Below are positions 1 through 7,958 of a DNA stretch of 17,194 nucleotides, piece by piece (the first letter of the stretch is position 1; every line of letters begins with the position of its first letter). Below the pieces are notes generated by a model. It saw nothing but the letters and a program-made list of their open reading frames with translations. It made no database searches and was not told the origin of the DNA. Source of the DNA: a virus; UHGV virus genome UHGV-0072086; one strand, given 5' to 3'. The translations under genes were made by a program, and so were the position numbers.

Positions 1-53
1 CAGACGATGATGCAGATAACCAGAGCAGAGATAATCGCGGTGACTCTGCTCAT
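1..53 (-). CDS. Rz: Spanin Rz, N-terminal 17 codons only (continues past window start)
   Basis: Minus-strand ATG at 51-53 overlaps the R stop (ATGA); translation [17 protein letters not shown] matches the lambda Rz N-terminus as I recall it. Confidence 0.8.
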   Translation of the reverse strand, partial: MSRVTAIISALVICIIV

Positions 54-526
54 ACCTCAATCTCTCTGACCGTTCCGCCAGCTTCTTTGAATTTTGCAAT
101 CAGGCTGTCAACCTTATGCTCGAACTGACCGTAACCAGCCCCCGGCAGTGAAGCCCAGATATTGCTGCAACGGTCGATTGCCTGACGGATATCACCGCGA
201 TCAATCATCGGTAAAGCGCCACGTTCCTTAATCTGTTGCAGTGCCACAGCGTCCTGGCTTTTCGGAGAGAAGTCTTTCAGGCCAAGCTGCTTACGATAGG
301 CATCCCACCAACGGGAAAGAAGCTGGTAACGTCCGGCTGCTGTTGATTTGAGTTTGGGGTTTAGCGTGACAAGTTTGCGAGGGTGATCGGAGTAATCAGT
401 GAATAGCTCTCCGCCAACAATGACGTCATAACCATGATTTCTGGTTTTCTGACGTCCGTTATCAGTTCCCTCCGACCACGCCAGCATATCGAGGAACGCC
501 TTACGTTGATTATTGATTTCCACCAT
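50..526 (-). CDS. R: Endolysin R (lambda-type lytic transglycosylase), 158 aa
   Basis: ORF translation [39 protein letters not shown]... is near-identical to lambda R from memory; start overlaps the S 3' end as in lambda. Confidence 0.95.
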   Translation of the reverse strand: MVEINNQRKAFLDMLAWSEGTDNGRQKTRNHGYDVIVGGELFTDYSDHPRKLVTLNPKLKSTAAGRYQLLSRWWDAYRKQLGLKDFSPKSQDAVALQQIKERGALPMIDRGDIRQAIDRCSNIWASLPGAGYGQFEHKVDSLIAKFKEAGGTVREIEV

Positions 527-833
527 CTTCTACTCCGGCTTTTTTAGCAGCGAAGCGTTTGATAAGCGAACCAATCGAGTCAGTGCCGATATAGCCGATG
601 AACACGCTCGTTATATAAGCGAGATTGCTACTTAGTCCGGCGAAGTCGAGAAGGTCACGAATGAACCAGGCGATAATGGCGCACATCGTTGCGTCGATTA
701 CTGTTTTTGTAAACGCACCGCCATTATATCTGCCGCGAAGGTACGCCATTGCAAACGCAAGGATTGCCCCGATGCCTTGTTCCTTTGCCGCGAGAATGGC
801 GGCTAACAGGTCATGTTTTTCTGGCATCTTCAT
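510..833 (-). CDS. S: Holin S (S107; S105 would start at the second Met, codon 3)
   Basis: Translation [39 protein letters not shown]... matches lambda S including the dual-start MKM motif. Confidence 0.95.
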   Translation of the reverse strand: MKMPEKHDLLAAILAAKEQGIGAILAFAMAYLRGRYNGGAFTKTVIDATMCAIIAWFIRDLLDFAGLSSNLAYITSVFIGYIGTDSIGSLIKRFAAKKAGVEDGGNQ

Positions 834-1274
834 GTCTTACCCCCAATAAGGGGATTTGCTCTATTTAATTAGGAATAAGGTCGATTACTGATAGAACAAA
901 TCCAGGCTACTGTGTTTAGTAATCAGATTTGTTCGTGACCGATATGCACGGGCAAAACGGCATGAGGTTGTTAGCGCAACCTCCCGCCACCCGCTTTCAC
1001 GAAGGTCATGTGTAGAAGGCCGCAGCGTAACTATCACTAATGAATTCAGGACAGCCAGTGGCTACGGCTCAGTTTGGATTGTGGCGACCGGTGCTGATCT
1101 CCGGTTTGCTGCAACTGCCTACAGCGGGCTACGTGGCCACACCGAATCCAGCGAAAGATTCTTGCCCTTACACATCAGCCTGTGCATTCACCACAACGGA
1201 AAGAGCACTGGCTAACCAGGCTCGCCGACTCTTCACGATTATCGACTCAATGCTCTTACCTGTTGTGCAGATAT

Positions 1275-1332
1275 AAAAAATCCCGAAACCGTTATGCATG
1301 CTCTAACTATTACCTGCGAACTGTTTCGGGAT
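1275..1332 (-). terminator. tR'-like intrinsic terminator of the late-leader (6S) transcript
   Basis: Inverted repeat atcccgaaac (1280-1289) / gtttcgggat (1323-1332) with A6 at 1275-1280 on + strand, i.e. hairpin plus U-tract on the minus strand; matches the lambda tR' sequence as recalled. Confidence 0.8.
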
Positions 1333-1467
1333 TGCATTTTGCAGACCTCTCAGCCTGCGATGGTTGGAGTTCCAGACGATACGTCGAAGTGACCAACTAG
1401 GCGGAATCGGTAGTAAGCGCCGCCTCTTTTTATCTCACTACCACAACGAGCGAATTAACCCATCGTT
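1275..1467 (-). ncRNA. Late leader transcript (lambda 6S RNA equivalent), about 190 nt from pR' to tR'
   Basis: Inferred from the positions of the pR'-like promoter and tR'-like terminator; the length matches the lambda 6S RNA. Exact 5' end not determined. Confidence 0.55.
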
Positions 1468-1502
1468 GGGTCAAATTTACCCAACTTTATTCAAAAAGTC
1501 AA
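1468..1502 (-). promoter_or_regulatory. Late promoter pR' with overlapping Q-utilisation (qut) region
   Basis: Minus-strand TTGACT (-35, revcomp of 1497-1502), 17-bp spacer, TAAATT (-10, revcomp of 1474-1479), directly downstream of Q; closely resembles lambda pR'. Confidence 0.75.
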
Positions 1503-1544
1503 TATCATGCCGTTAATATGTTGCCATCCGTGGCAATCATGCTG

Positions 1545-2168
1545 CTAACGTGTGACCGCATTCAAAATGTTGTCTGCGATTGACTCTTCTTTGTGGCATT
1601 GCACCACCAGAGCGTCATACAGCGGCTTAACAGTGCGTGACCAGGTGGGTTGGGTAAGGTTTGGGATTAGCATCGTCACAGCGCGATATGCTGCGCTTGC
1701 TGGCATCCTTGAATAGCCGACGCCTTTGCATCTTCCGCACTCTTTCTCGACAACTCTCCCCCACTGCTCTGTTTTTGCTATATCAACCGCACGGCCTGTA
1801 CCGTGACAATCTCTGCATCTTGCGCCCGGCGTCGCGGCACTACGGCAATAATCCGCATAAGCGAATGTTGCGAGCACTTGCAGTACCTTTACCTTAGTAT
1901 TTCCTTCAAGCTTTGCCACACCACGGTATTTCCCCGATACCTTGTGTGCAAATTGCATCAGATAGTTGATAGCCTTTTGTTTGTCGTTCTGGCTGAGTTC
2001 ATGCTTACCGCAGAATGCAGCCATTCCGAATCCGGCTTGTGATTGCGCCATCCCCATAGCAGCCATCACATCAGTACCGGAAAGAGAGTCAGAAGCCGTG
2101 GCCCGTGGTGAGTCGCTCATCATCGGGCTTTTTGGCGAATGAAATTTAGCTACGCTTTCGAGTCTCAT
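1545..2168 (-). CDS. Q: Late antiterminator Q (lambda-type), 207 aa
   Basis: Translation MRLESVAKFHSPKSPMMSDSPRATASDSLSGTDVMAAMG... with the Cys-rich zinc-binding C-terminus matches lambda Q; sits immediately upstream of pR'. Confidence 0.95.
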   Translation of the reverse strand: MRLESVAKFHSPKSPMMSDSPRATASDSLSGTDVMAAMGMAQSQAGFGMAAFCGKHELSQNDKQKAINYLMQFAHKVSGKYRGVAKLEGNTKVKVLQVLATFAYADYCRSAATPGARCRDCHGTGRAVDIAKTEQWGRVVEKECGRCKGVGYSRMPASAAYRAVTMLIPNLTQPTWSRTVKPLYDALVVQCHKEESIADNILNAVTR

Positions 2169-2353
2169 GATCTTCCCCTTTTGCCCTGTTTGACCATCAG
2201 GACGCCGTTAACTATTACGTGACGCTCGCCTTTGCTGTCTCGGTTGTACTTGAGCACTGTTCCTCTTGCGCAGGAAAGCATCCTCGCCACTTCGGTCTGA
2301 TTGCCTCGTGTCTGGATAAGAAGCTCTGGTATCGTTTGAATTGTGGCGTTCAT
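2165..2353 (-). CDS. ninH: NinH-like small DNA-binding protein (Fis-like HTH), 62 aa
   Basis: Motif GNQTEVARMLSCARGTVLKY resembles NinH/Fis-type HTH; ATGA overlap with Q start and with RusA stop; position between rusA and Q as in lambdoid nin regions. Confidence 0.7.
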   Translation of the reverse strand: MNATIQTIPELLIQTRGNQTEVARMLSCARGTVLKYNRDSKGERHVIVNGVLMVKQGKRGRS

Positions 2354-2712
2354 ACGTTCTCCAGTTCGGTGATTTTTATTCCAAGCCTTCCGCCTGGTAC
2401 TTTCACACCACGAATTACGCGAATGTCATCGAATTGCTCGTCGTCTTCCGCAAATCCGGCGTGGATAAGGGAGTCGAGTAAACCCTTCAGGATGTTATCG
2501 AGGTCGCGGCGGCGGGAGTCTGGAACGTCTGCGATGACTTTGATGCGGAGTCTTGATTTGGTGAAAATGTCTAACTTGAGTTGGCGGATGATTTGCTGAA
2601 CGTCTTTTCGGTATTTCTGGCCTTTATCGCTTATGTAATATTGGCTTCCCCGTCTTCGCCAGTAGGTATTCACCGACGGCGGGTATGGAAGCACAAACTG
2701 ATATTCGTTCAT
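2350..2712 (-). CDS. rusA: RusA-family Holliday junction resolvase, 120 aa
   Basis: Translation has the RusA-like core (PDSRRRDLDNILKGLLDSL, GGRLGIKITE) and similar length to E. coli DLP12 RusA; occupies the ninG position. Confidence 0.85.
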   Translation of the reverse strand: MNEYQFVLPYPPSVNTYWRRRGSQYYISDKGQKYRKDVQQIIRQLKLDIFTKSRLRIKVIADVPDSRRRDLDNILKGLLDSLIHAGFAEDDEQFDDIRVIRGVKVPGGRLGIKITELENV

Positions 2713-2999
2713 GACTTAATCTTCCCCTCCTTCAGCAGTATCGCCTGCGTCCTGATCACGCCTTCGAGGTGGTAAAGTCTGGCGTCTTTGTTGTCGAGGT
2801 TATGGGTGCGTCGGTCGATTTCATCGTGACACGCGCTACAAGCCCATGCGCCGATCAGGTCGTCAGGCTTCATTCCCGTTCCGCAAATTCCAGCCATCCG
2901 GTAATGTGCCAGAACTGTAGTTTCAGGGTTGCCATTGCATACTCCGTAAATACGTACCTGGCATTCTCTGCCGCGTGCTTCTTTGCGTAGGTTAGCCAT
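2709..2999 (-). CDS. YbcO-like (DUF1364) putative nuclease, 96 aa
   Basis: Cys-rich translation (RGRECQVRIYGVCNGNPETTVLAH... CSACHDEIDRR) resembles E. coli DLP12 YbcO as recalled; ATGA overlap with rusA. Confidence 0.7.
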   Translation of the reverse strand: MANLRKEARGRECQVRIYGVCNGNPETTVLAHYRMAGICGTGMKPDDLIGAWACSACHDEIDRRTHNLDNKDARLYHLEGVIRTQAILLKEGKIKS

Positions 3000-3218
3000 T
3001 TAATACTCCAGTTCAGGGTCATTTTTTAGGTCATGTTTTTTGCAGAATTGCTGCCACTCTCTTTCCAGCCGCTTACCTGTAAATTTCACTCTGCATTTTG
3101 AGTAAGTGCTAATGGCATTAAATGGTGCTGAGCCTTCAGGAAATCGAGAGCGGAATACTTCTGCCACAGGTACTAAAACCAAATACAAATAATCAGAGCT
3201 ACTAAACGAATCACTCAT
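3000..3218 (-). CDS. Hypothetical protein, 72 aa
   Basis: ORF tightly packed between NinF and the YbcO-like gene (its stop abuts the ybcO-like ATG; its start overlaps the NinF 3' end). No family recognised. Confidence 0.5.
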   Translation of the reverse strand: MSDSFSSSDYLYLVLVPVAEVFRSRFPEGSAPFNAISTYSKCRVKFTGKRLEREWQQFCKKHDLKNDPELEY

Positions 3219-3387
3219 CGTCTTCTTCCTCGTACATTGAGCTATTCGGATCGCTCATCAGTTCTGCGCAGCAGTACTCACACACGTGAACTTCCAGCAC
3301 ATGCAGCTTCTGACCGCAGTTAGCGCACGTTAAAGCCCGCTCGACGCTTTCTTTCTGGTATTGAAGGGATTGGGATGGGCTAAGCAT
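3211..3387 (-). CDS. ninF: NinF, 58 aa
   Basis: Translation from the internal ATG at 3385-3387: MLSPSQSLQYQKESVERALTCANCGQKLHVLEVHVCEYCCAELMSDPNSSMYEEEDDE, near-identical to lambda NinF as recalled. Confidence 0.85.
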   Translation of the reverse strand: MLSPSQSLQYQKESVERALTCANCGQKLHVLEVHVCEYCCAELMSDPNSSMYEEEDDE

Positions 3388-3781
3388 GGCTTTCACCATT
3401 AAAAAGTCGCTTGTAAGCATCAATGTCTCGTTTTGCTTCACCAAGCTTTCGTCTTAATTCCATGTTTTCTGATTCAAGCTTTTCCATGTCTTGTTGGTAT
3501 CGATCGCGGTGTTCTTTCCATGCTTTTCGATACGCCTTCATGTATGTCGTTTTGGCCTTTCTCTTTGCCTGACGAACAGCGTGATGGTTTTCTACAAACC
3601 ACTCAGGGTCGTTAAATGCTGCTCTGGCGCATGTAGACAAATAATTTGCTGCCTCCCTGTTTGGCCAACAAATACTGATAAATGGCAACTTGATAAGCAC
3701 CATTTTTCGTTGAGACTCTTTCTCGCCAAACATGTGCCATTTTTTGATGCTAAGGCCAAATCCAGGTTGAATTAAAAGCAT
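3380..3781 (-). CDS. Hypothetical protein (133 aa from MLLIQPGFGL...), inserted between ninE and ninF
   Basis: ORF with GAGGAA RBS 6 nt upstream of the ATG at 3779-3781 (an alternative ATG lies at 3785-3787); C-terminal coiled-coil-like segment; no lambda counterpart at this position. Confidence 0.55.
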   Translation of the reverse strand: MLLIQPGFGLSIKKWHMFGEKESQRKMVLIKLPFISICWPNREAANYLSTCARAAFNDPEWFVENHHAVRQAKRKAKTTYMKAYRKAWKEHRDRYQQDMEKLESENMELRRKLGEAKRDIDAYKRLFNGESHA

Positions 3782-3783
3782 TG

Positions 3784-3960
3784 TCATTTCCTCGCACGAT
3801 GTCTTAGCCACCGGATATCCCACAGGTGAGCCGTGTAGTTGAAGGTTTTTACGTCAGATTCTTTTGGGATTGGCTTGCGTTTATTTCTGGAGCGTTTCGT
3901 TGGAAGGTATTTGCAGTTTTCGCAGATGATGTCGGTGAAACTTCGTCGCTGTCGTCTCAT
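3784..3960 (-). CDS. ninE: NinE, 58 aa
   Basis: Not in the ORF track (under 60 aa). Manual translation of the minus strand from the ATG at 3958-3960: [58 protein letters not shown], matching lambda NinE as recalled; ATGA overlap with NinB stop. Confidence 0.8.
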   Translation of the reverse strand: MRRQRRSFTDIICENCKYLPTKRSRNKRKPIPKESDVKTFNYTAHLWDIRWLRHRARK

Positions 3961-4367
3961 TCGTACCTCCTGTCGGTAAATCTGACACCCTTACCAATAG
4001 CCCATGCTGTCGTGTACTCAATCAGACTTGCCATACGCTTCACGCTCATCTGTGCGCTGCTCTCACGAATGTTGACGTATTCGCCTTCAAGCCCGGGCAA
4101 AACATCAGCTTCCTGCTTTGTCGCCACTGCATGACCGCTTATCAACAAAACCTTCCATTGTTCTGGTTTTAACCATTTATCGCACCATTGAACCTGACGT
4201 GCGATATCCGCCAGCATCGCGTGAAATTTTGCGTTCTGGTCAAGGTTGCGCTTGTAGTCAGTAATGCGGATTGTGACTGGCTTGTCTTTATCGAGTGGTG
4301 TTGCGAGGATGGCATTTATTGCAGCTTGCTGTTGTTGCTTAGTTCGGAGGAAGATTGTTTGCTTCAC
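3957..4367 (-). CDS. ninB: NinB-family recombination protein (Orf family), 136 aa
   Basis: Translation resembles lambda NinB (e.g. [22 protein letters not shown] versus lambda RSLDQNRKLWACLGDVSRQVEW); GTG start with AAGGAG RBS. Confidence 0.75.
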   Translation of the reverse strand: MKQTIFLRTKQQQQAAINAILATPLDKDKPVTIRITDYKRNLDQNAKFHAMLADIARQVQWCDKWLKPEQWKVLLISGHAVATKQEADVLPGLEGEYVNIRESSAQMSVKRMASLIEYTTAWAIGKGVRFTDRRYE

Positions 4368-4378
4368 TGAATACTCCT

Positions 4379-4564
4379 TTATTTTTTATGCCTGTAACCC
4401 CATTCTTCCAGCAACCTTGCGGCGTACCACCCAAGAAACAAAGGAAAGAACATTACAATGAGATATTCCCCGCCACGGTCAATGTTCGAAATTGACCAGA
4501 TTACGATGTAACCAGTGCAGGACAGGAATATTACAAACCCCAAAAAGCTACTTCGTCGACTCAT
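4379..4564 (-). CDS. Small predicted membrane protein (about 61 aa, two hydrophobic segments)
   Basis: ORF with AAGGAG RBS 6 nt upstream of the ATG at 4562-4564 (the track's GTG at 4570 is the alternative); hydrophobic stretches FLGFVIFLSCTGYIVIW and LIVMFFPLFLGWYAA. Confidence 0.45.
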   Translation of the reverse strand: MSRRSSFLGFVIFLSCTGYIVIWSISNIDRGGEYLIVMFFPLFLGWYAARLLEEWGYRHKK

Positions 4565-4566
4565 GC

Positions 4567-4881
4567 TCACTCCTTCACTTTGATTCCAGCAGCGCGGATG
4601 TTTTCCTCATAAGCATCCATTGCATCACCGAAGCCATTGGAATAATCAACAGTAAACCCTTTGGCTAATGCTTCTCTGCTGTCGATAAACTTTGGCGCGG
4701 TTATTTCAATATCTGCTCGCGATGCCTGCCATAAAGTCCACCACTCATTTAAGGAGTGACGAATATCCATGCTTGAAAATGCGAAGTACCTATCACCATT
4801 TCTTGCCTCGGTTATCATCTCGAATGGTAATCTCAATTTTTTGGCAACGTATTCCTCAAACTGCTTTCTTGATTCGTCCAT
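4567..4881 (-). CDS. Hypothetical soluble protein, 104 aa
   Basis: ORF with GAGGG RBS, flanked by two small membrane-protein genes, in the ren position downstream of the replication genes. No family recognised. Confidence 0.55.
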   Translation of the reverse strand: MDESRKQFEEYVAKKLRLPFEMITEARNGDRYFAFSSMDIRHSLNEWWTLWQASRADIEITAPKFIDSREALAKGFTVDYSNGFGDAMDAYEENIRAAGIKVKE

Positions 4882-4898
4882 CGGTACTTACCCTCAGT

Positions 4899-5105
4899 TC
4901 AACTCACAAAACGCCACGCCACTTTTGCAACGACAACAGGCATAACACCGATAATCACCCACAGGAAAATGCTACCGAAAAGCACACCCACCAGGTCTTT
5001 ACCTTCGCCTACCAACCGGACAAAACTTCCGACAACCACAATGAACGTCGACACCATCCACATAGCACCGAGAATCCTCAATGCAGAGAAAATTAACTCA
5101 GCCAC
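4899..5105 (-). CDS. Small predicted membrane protein, 68 aa, two hydrophobic segments
   Basis: GTG start preceded by GGGGGAGAG RBS immediately after a terminator hairpin; hydrophobic stretches MWMVSTFIVVVGSFV and VLFGSIFLWVIIGVMPVVV. Confidence 0.45.
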   Translation of the reverse strand: MAELIFSALRILGAMWMVSTFIVVVGSFVRLVGEGKDLVGVLFGSIFLWVIIGVMPVVVAKVAWRFVS

Positions 5106-5118
5106 GATTTACTCTCCC

Positions 5119-5152
5119 CCAAATAAAAAGGCCTGCGATTACCAGCAGGCCT
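5119..5152 (-). terminator. tR2-like intrinsic terminator between the helicase gene and the nin region
   Basis: 8-bp stem aggcctgc (5129-5136) / gcaggcct (5145-5152) with 8-nt loop; A-tract on the + strand at 5121-5129 gives a U-tract after the hairpin on the minus strand. Confidence 0.6.
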
Positions 5153-5180
5153 GTTATTAGCTCAGTGATGTAGATGGTCA

Positions 5181-6617
5181 TCAGAATCCTCCTTTCTTCT
5201 TGGACTGCGGTTCCTCTCGTTCACGTCGGCGCATTTCAGCAGACTGTTGGTCTGTGTCATAAATAGCGCCATTTGCCTGAATGCAATACACCGTGCCGGT
5301 ATTGCCATGACGATTGAGACGAAGGATTAGTTCGGTTTCACCAGGTGGAACACTGTCATCAAAAGCGCCTTCACGATGGATCCCAACCCAATAATCGCAA
5401 TCCTGTTCAATCTGCCCTGTATCTCGTGAGTCACTTGGTAATGGGCGTTTATTGGTTCGGCTTTCCAGTGCGCGGTTAAGCTGTGTCAGAAGCACAACAA
5501 CGCAATCAAGCTCTTTGGCAAGGTTCTTCAGTCCTTTGGTGATCATGCCGTAAGCAAGGTCGTTGCGATCGGCCTTCTCAGCGGTCATTAGTGTCAGGTA
5601 ATCGACCAGAATCATGCCAACATATCCTTTTTCTCGCTTGATTCGACGGCTTTCGCTGACGATTTGAGCCAGAGATAATCCCGGCGTGTCGTCGATGTAA
5701 AGCATGTCGATTTCACTCAAGCGATTGGCTGTTTCGATCGCCCTGTTGAAGTCACCATCGTAATCACCCTGATAGCCGTCATCAGCGTCATTTGTCGCCG
5801 GAAGGTAAAAAATATTCGGGTTAACACCAGACTTCTGCCCTACCAGTTTTTCCAGTATCTGGTCACCGGGCATTTCAAGGCTGAACATCAGAGCGGGCTT
5901 TTTCTCATGCACTGCGCAGTTGATTGCCATCTGGCTGTATAGCGTCGTTTTCCCCATCTTAGGGCGAGCGCCAATGACAAACAGAGAGCCTTTCACCAGA
6001 CCTTTCGGTGACAGCATCCTGTCCAGCGATGGGATCCCTGTGCTCATTCCTCGTTGTTCGCCTGACGGGTCAAATCGCTTCTCAAGGTCGCTAACCCAGT
6101 CTTCCATGACCTCACCAAATGAGCGAAGGCCGCGACGCGATCCGGTTTTTGCATGGTCTGTCAGTTGCGTGAAAATCGCCTGAATAGCTTCGTACTTCTG
6201 CGTTGCAGTCATTCCGTTGCGGGAATAGAGCAATTCCGTCGCTTCAGTCATGCGGTTGATGGCGTAGCGTTCCATTGCGGTTTCACGAACCTGCATTGCA
6301 TAGGCAACGATGTTTGCTGCGCTTGGCGTGTTCTTTGCGATCTCAGCGATATAAGCAAAACCGCCAACAGACGCCGTTAACGATTTACGCTCCAGTTCAT
6401 CGAAAAGCGTCAGGCCATCTACTGGCTTTTGCTCCCGGTGCATTCTGGTTATTTCTTCGAAAAGGATTTTGTGTGGCCGGCTGTAAAATGAGTCAGGCTT
6501 CAGCATCGCCAGAACTTTCTGGACGCGCTCACTGCTGTCATCATCCAGAAGCAATCCACCAATCACCGCCTGCTCTGCCTCGATGCTATGGTGCGGCGCA
6601 TAAAAATTATCGGTCAT
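5181..6617 (-). CDS. DnaB-family replicative DNA helicase (phage-encoded), about 478 aa
   Basis: Translation has the DnaB N-terminal motif HSIEAEQAVIGGLLLDD, Walker A GARPKMGKTT, and DnaB-like C-terminal motifs (LTQLNR, SDSRDTGQIEQDCD). ATG at 6615-6617 with GAGGG RBS; the track's upstream GTG at 6632 is an alternative. Confidence 0.9.
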   Translation of the reverse strand: MTDNFYAPHHSIEAEQAVIGGLLLDDDSSERVQKVLAMLKPDSFYSRPHKILFEEITRMHREQKPVDGLTLFDELERKSLTASVGGFAYIAEIAKNTPSAANIVAYAMQVRETAMERYAINRMTEATELLYSRNGMTATQKYEAIQAIFTQLTDHAKTGSRRGLRSFGEVMEDWVSDLEKRFDPSGEQRGMSTGIPSLDRMLSPKGLVKGSLFVIGARPKMGKTTLYSQMAINCAVHEKKPALMFSLEMPGDQILEKLVGQKSGVNPNIFYLPATNDADDGYQGDYDGDFNRAIETANRLSEIDMLYIDDTPGLSLAQIVSESRRIKREKGYVGMILVDYLTLMTAEKADRNDLAYGMITKGLKNLAKELDCVVVLLTQLNRALESRTNKRPLPSDSRDTGQIEQDCDYWVGIHREGAFDDSVPPGETELILRLNRHGNTGTVYCIQANGAIYDTDQQSAEMRRREREEPQSKKKGGF

Positions 6618-7506
6618 CGTGTTCACCCTCACGAACTTTCAGGTAGGTATTATCGTTAAGCAGGAAATCAAATCCCTTTTTGTGCCAGACGGTTCCGCGT
6701 TGATGGTTTGGGCGCTCTTCGAACATCCATCGGCAATTTTCGCCAACGTAGCTCAAATAATTTCTCCAGTCCTGCATCGTGAACCCATGCCCGTCAAGCT
6801 GGCGGGTTATCACTCCGGCTTTGCGCCAGAACGTTCGGATCTGGTTTTTACGCTTGTCATTCAGTGCGCGGATTCTTGGAGCTTCAGGAAGGATTTCGTG
6901 GTAAGCATCGACAACATCCTGACAGCTGACGGAAGGTTTTTTCTTGTCAGACTTTTTGTCTGCTGCGGTACTCTCTAATACGTCAGTATTAGAGATAATA
7001 TTATTATATTCTTTATCTGTGGTAATTTGCTGGTAATCTGCTGGTACAGTATTGCTTGCAGGCATTGGTATTGCTGGCTTTGAGGTGGTAATTTGCTGGT
7101 AATCTGCTGGTACAAAATTTGACTGATAATCGTCATATTTCTCTACCGAGAAAACTGAGAATTTACCGTGTGAAACCCAGTCAATCATGCCGAGTTTTTT
7201 GAACTTTCTAAGCAGGTACTGAACGCGATCTGGTTTGAGTCCTGTTTCAAACGCCAGAGAGTTTCTACCGCCAAGTAGCTTCCCTCTGCCTACCAGAATT
7301 TCTCCTGCGTCAGTCATTACATACTCAGGCGTATGCTTTGCTTTGAGGATTAAGTGAACCCACAGATGCGCAGCTTCTGCGTCCTTGTAAAACGGCACAT
7401 CCATAATTTTACGGTGCAGCAAGGCATACCCCTTACCGCTGCTTTGATGCGGTTGTTGTAGCCTTCTGGCCTCTCTGGCTTCGGCTAGATTAGATATGTT
7501 ACTCAT
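6607..7506 (-). CDS. Replication initiator, lambda O-like (origin-binding; ori embedded in the gene), 299 aa
   Basis: Position between cII and the helicase gene, AAGGAG RBS, and iteron repeats plus an AT-rich block inside the coding sequence as in lambda O; the protein shows an in-frame PADYQQITT duplication encoded by the iterons. Confidence 0.75.
   Translation of the reverse strand: MSNISNLAEAREARRLQQPHQSSGKGYALLHRKIMDVPFYKDAEAAHLWVHLILKAKHTPEYVMTDAGEILVGRGKLLGGRNSLAFETGLKPDRVQYLLRKFKKLGMIDWVSHGKFSVFSVEKYDDYQSNFVPADYQQITTSKPAIPMPASNTVPADYQQITTDKEYNNIISNTDVLESTAADKKSDKKKPSVSCQDVVDAYHEILPEAPRIRALNDKRKNQIRTFWRKAGVITRQLDGHGFTMQDWRNYLSYVGENCRWMFEERPNHQRGTVWHKKGFDFLLNDNTYLKVREGEHDDR
6973..7114. 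other. Candidate origin of replication: iterons, AT-rich block and palindrome inside the O-like gene
   Basis: Perfect 30-bp direct repeat gtggtaatttgctggtaatctgctggtaca at 7019-7048 and 7085-7114 (period 66 bp), each containing 11-bp sub-repeats TGGTAATYTGC; AT-rich block 6991-7016; 10-bp perfect inverted repeat tctctaatac/gtattagaga at 6973-6996. Confidence 0.6.
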
Positions 7507-7679
7507 GACCTTTCTCCTTCTGCATCAGCTTCACTTTTTCCAACTCAGCCCGGAATCGACCAGGCTGCTTGAAGCTGGACAGGAAGCGATCACGTAGTAT
7601 GTGTTTGTGAATTTTGTCCTGGTAAGGACTGAGTTGTTTTGTCATAATTACTCCCGTGGATTGATCCAGTCTTTCTACA

Positions 7680-7958
7680 TTAGGCCTCGAAGAATTCGCC
7701 GTTCTTCGGGGCTTTTTCTTTTGTCAGCATTCTGGCTACTTTCTTAGCCAGTTCCGCCAACTCCTCGTCTTCAACACCCCATTCAAGAACAGCCAGAAGC
7801 ATTCCCATTTTTGGGATGAAGCTGTCTTTCCATCGCGAAATTTGCGATTCATTAATCCCTAACGCGTCGGCAACATTTCGCTGGCCACGTACAGCAATTC
7901 GATTCAGGATGTTGCTTGTAATTGCATTCGCTTTCTTGCGAGTACTTGTAAGTTGCAT
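7680..7958 (-). CDS. cII: Transcriptional activator CII, 92 aa
   Basis: From the internal ATG at 7956-7958 (AAGGA RBS): [23 protein letters not shown]...SQISRWK...[10 protein letters not shown]..., clearly homologous to lambda CII; the leader catatgtaagtatttccttagataac matches lambda. Confidence 0.85.
   Translation of the reverse strand: MQLTSTRKKANAITSNILNRIAVRGQRNVADALGINESQISRWKDSFIPKMGMLLAVLEWGVEDEELAELAKKVARMLTKEKAPKNGEFFEA
7684..7722 (+). terminator. Intrinsic terminator on the strand antisense to cII (OOP-RNA-like terminator)
   Basis: Stem 7684-7694 / 7702-7712 (11 bp, one G-U) with a 7-nt loop, followed by tttttctttt at 7713-7722 on the + strand; overlaps the cII 3' end, as the lambda OOP terminator does. 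Confidence 0.6.

Noticed and set aside
625-849. 74-aa + strand ORF overlapping S
   Set aside because: Antisense to the well-supported S holin gene, with no RBS; typical shadow ORF.
1040-1400. Two + strand ORFs (78 and 72 aa) between S and Q
   Set aside because: They lie antisense to the late leader and across the tR' hairpin, in a region I recall as non-coding in lambda; no convincing RBS.
1661-2599. + strand ORFs (78, 79 and 126 aa) overlapping Q, NinH-like and RusA
   Set aside because: Antisense to strongly supported genes; no independent support.
5920-6646. + strand ORFs (87, 75 and 123 aa) inside the helicase gene
   Set aside because: Antisense to the DnaB-type helicase, whose motifs are unambiguous.
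7531-7644. 37-codon minus-strand ORF with GGGAG RBS between cII and O
   Set aside because: Short, ends well before O, and I found no recognisable motif; the frame that continues into the O start has no start codon. Kept only as a doubt in a finding.
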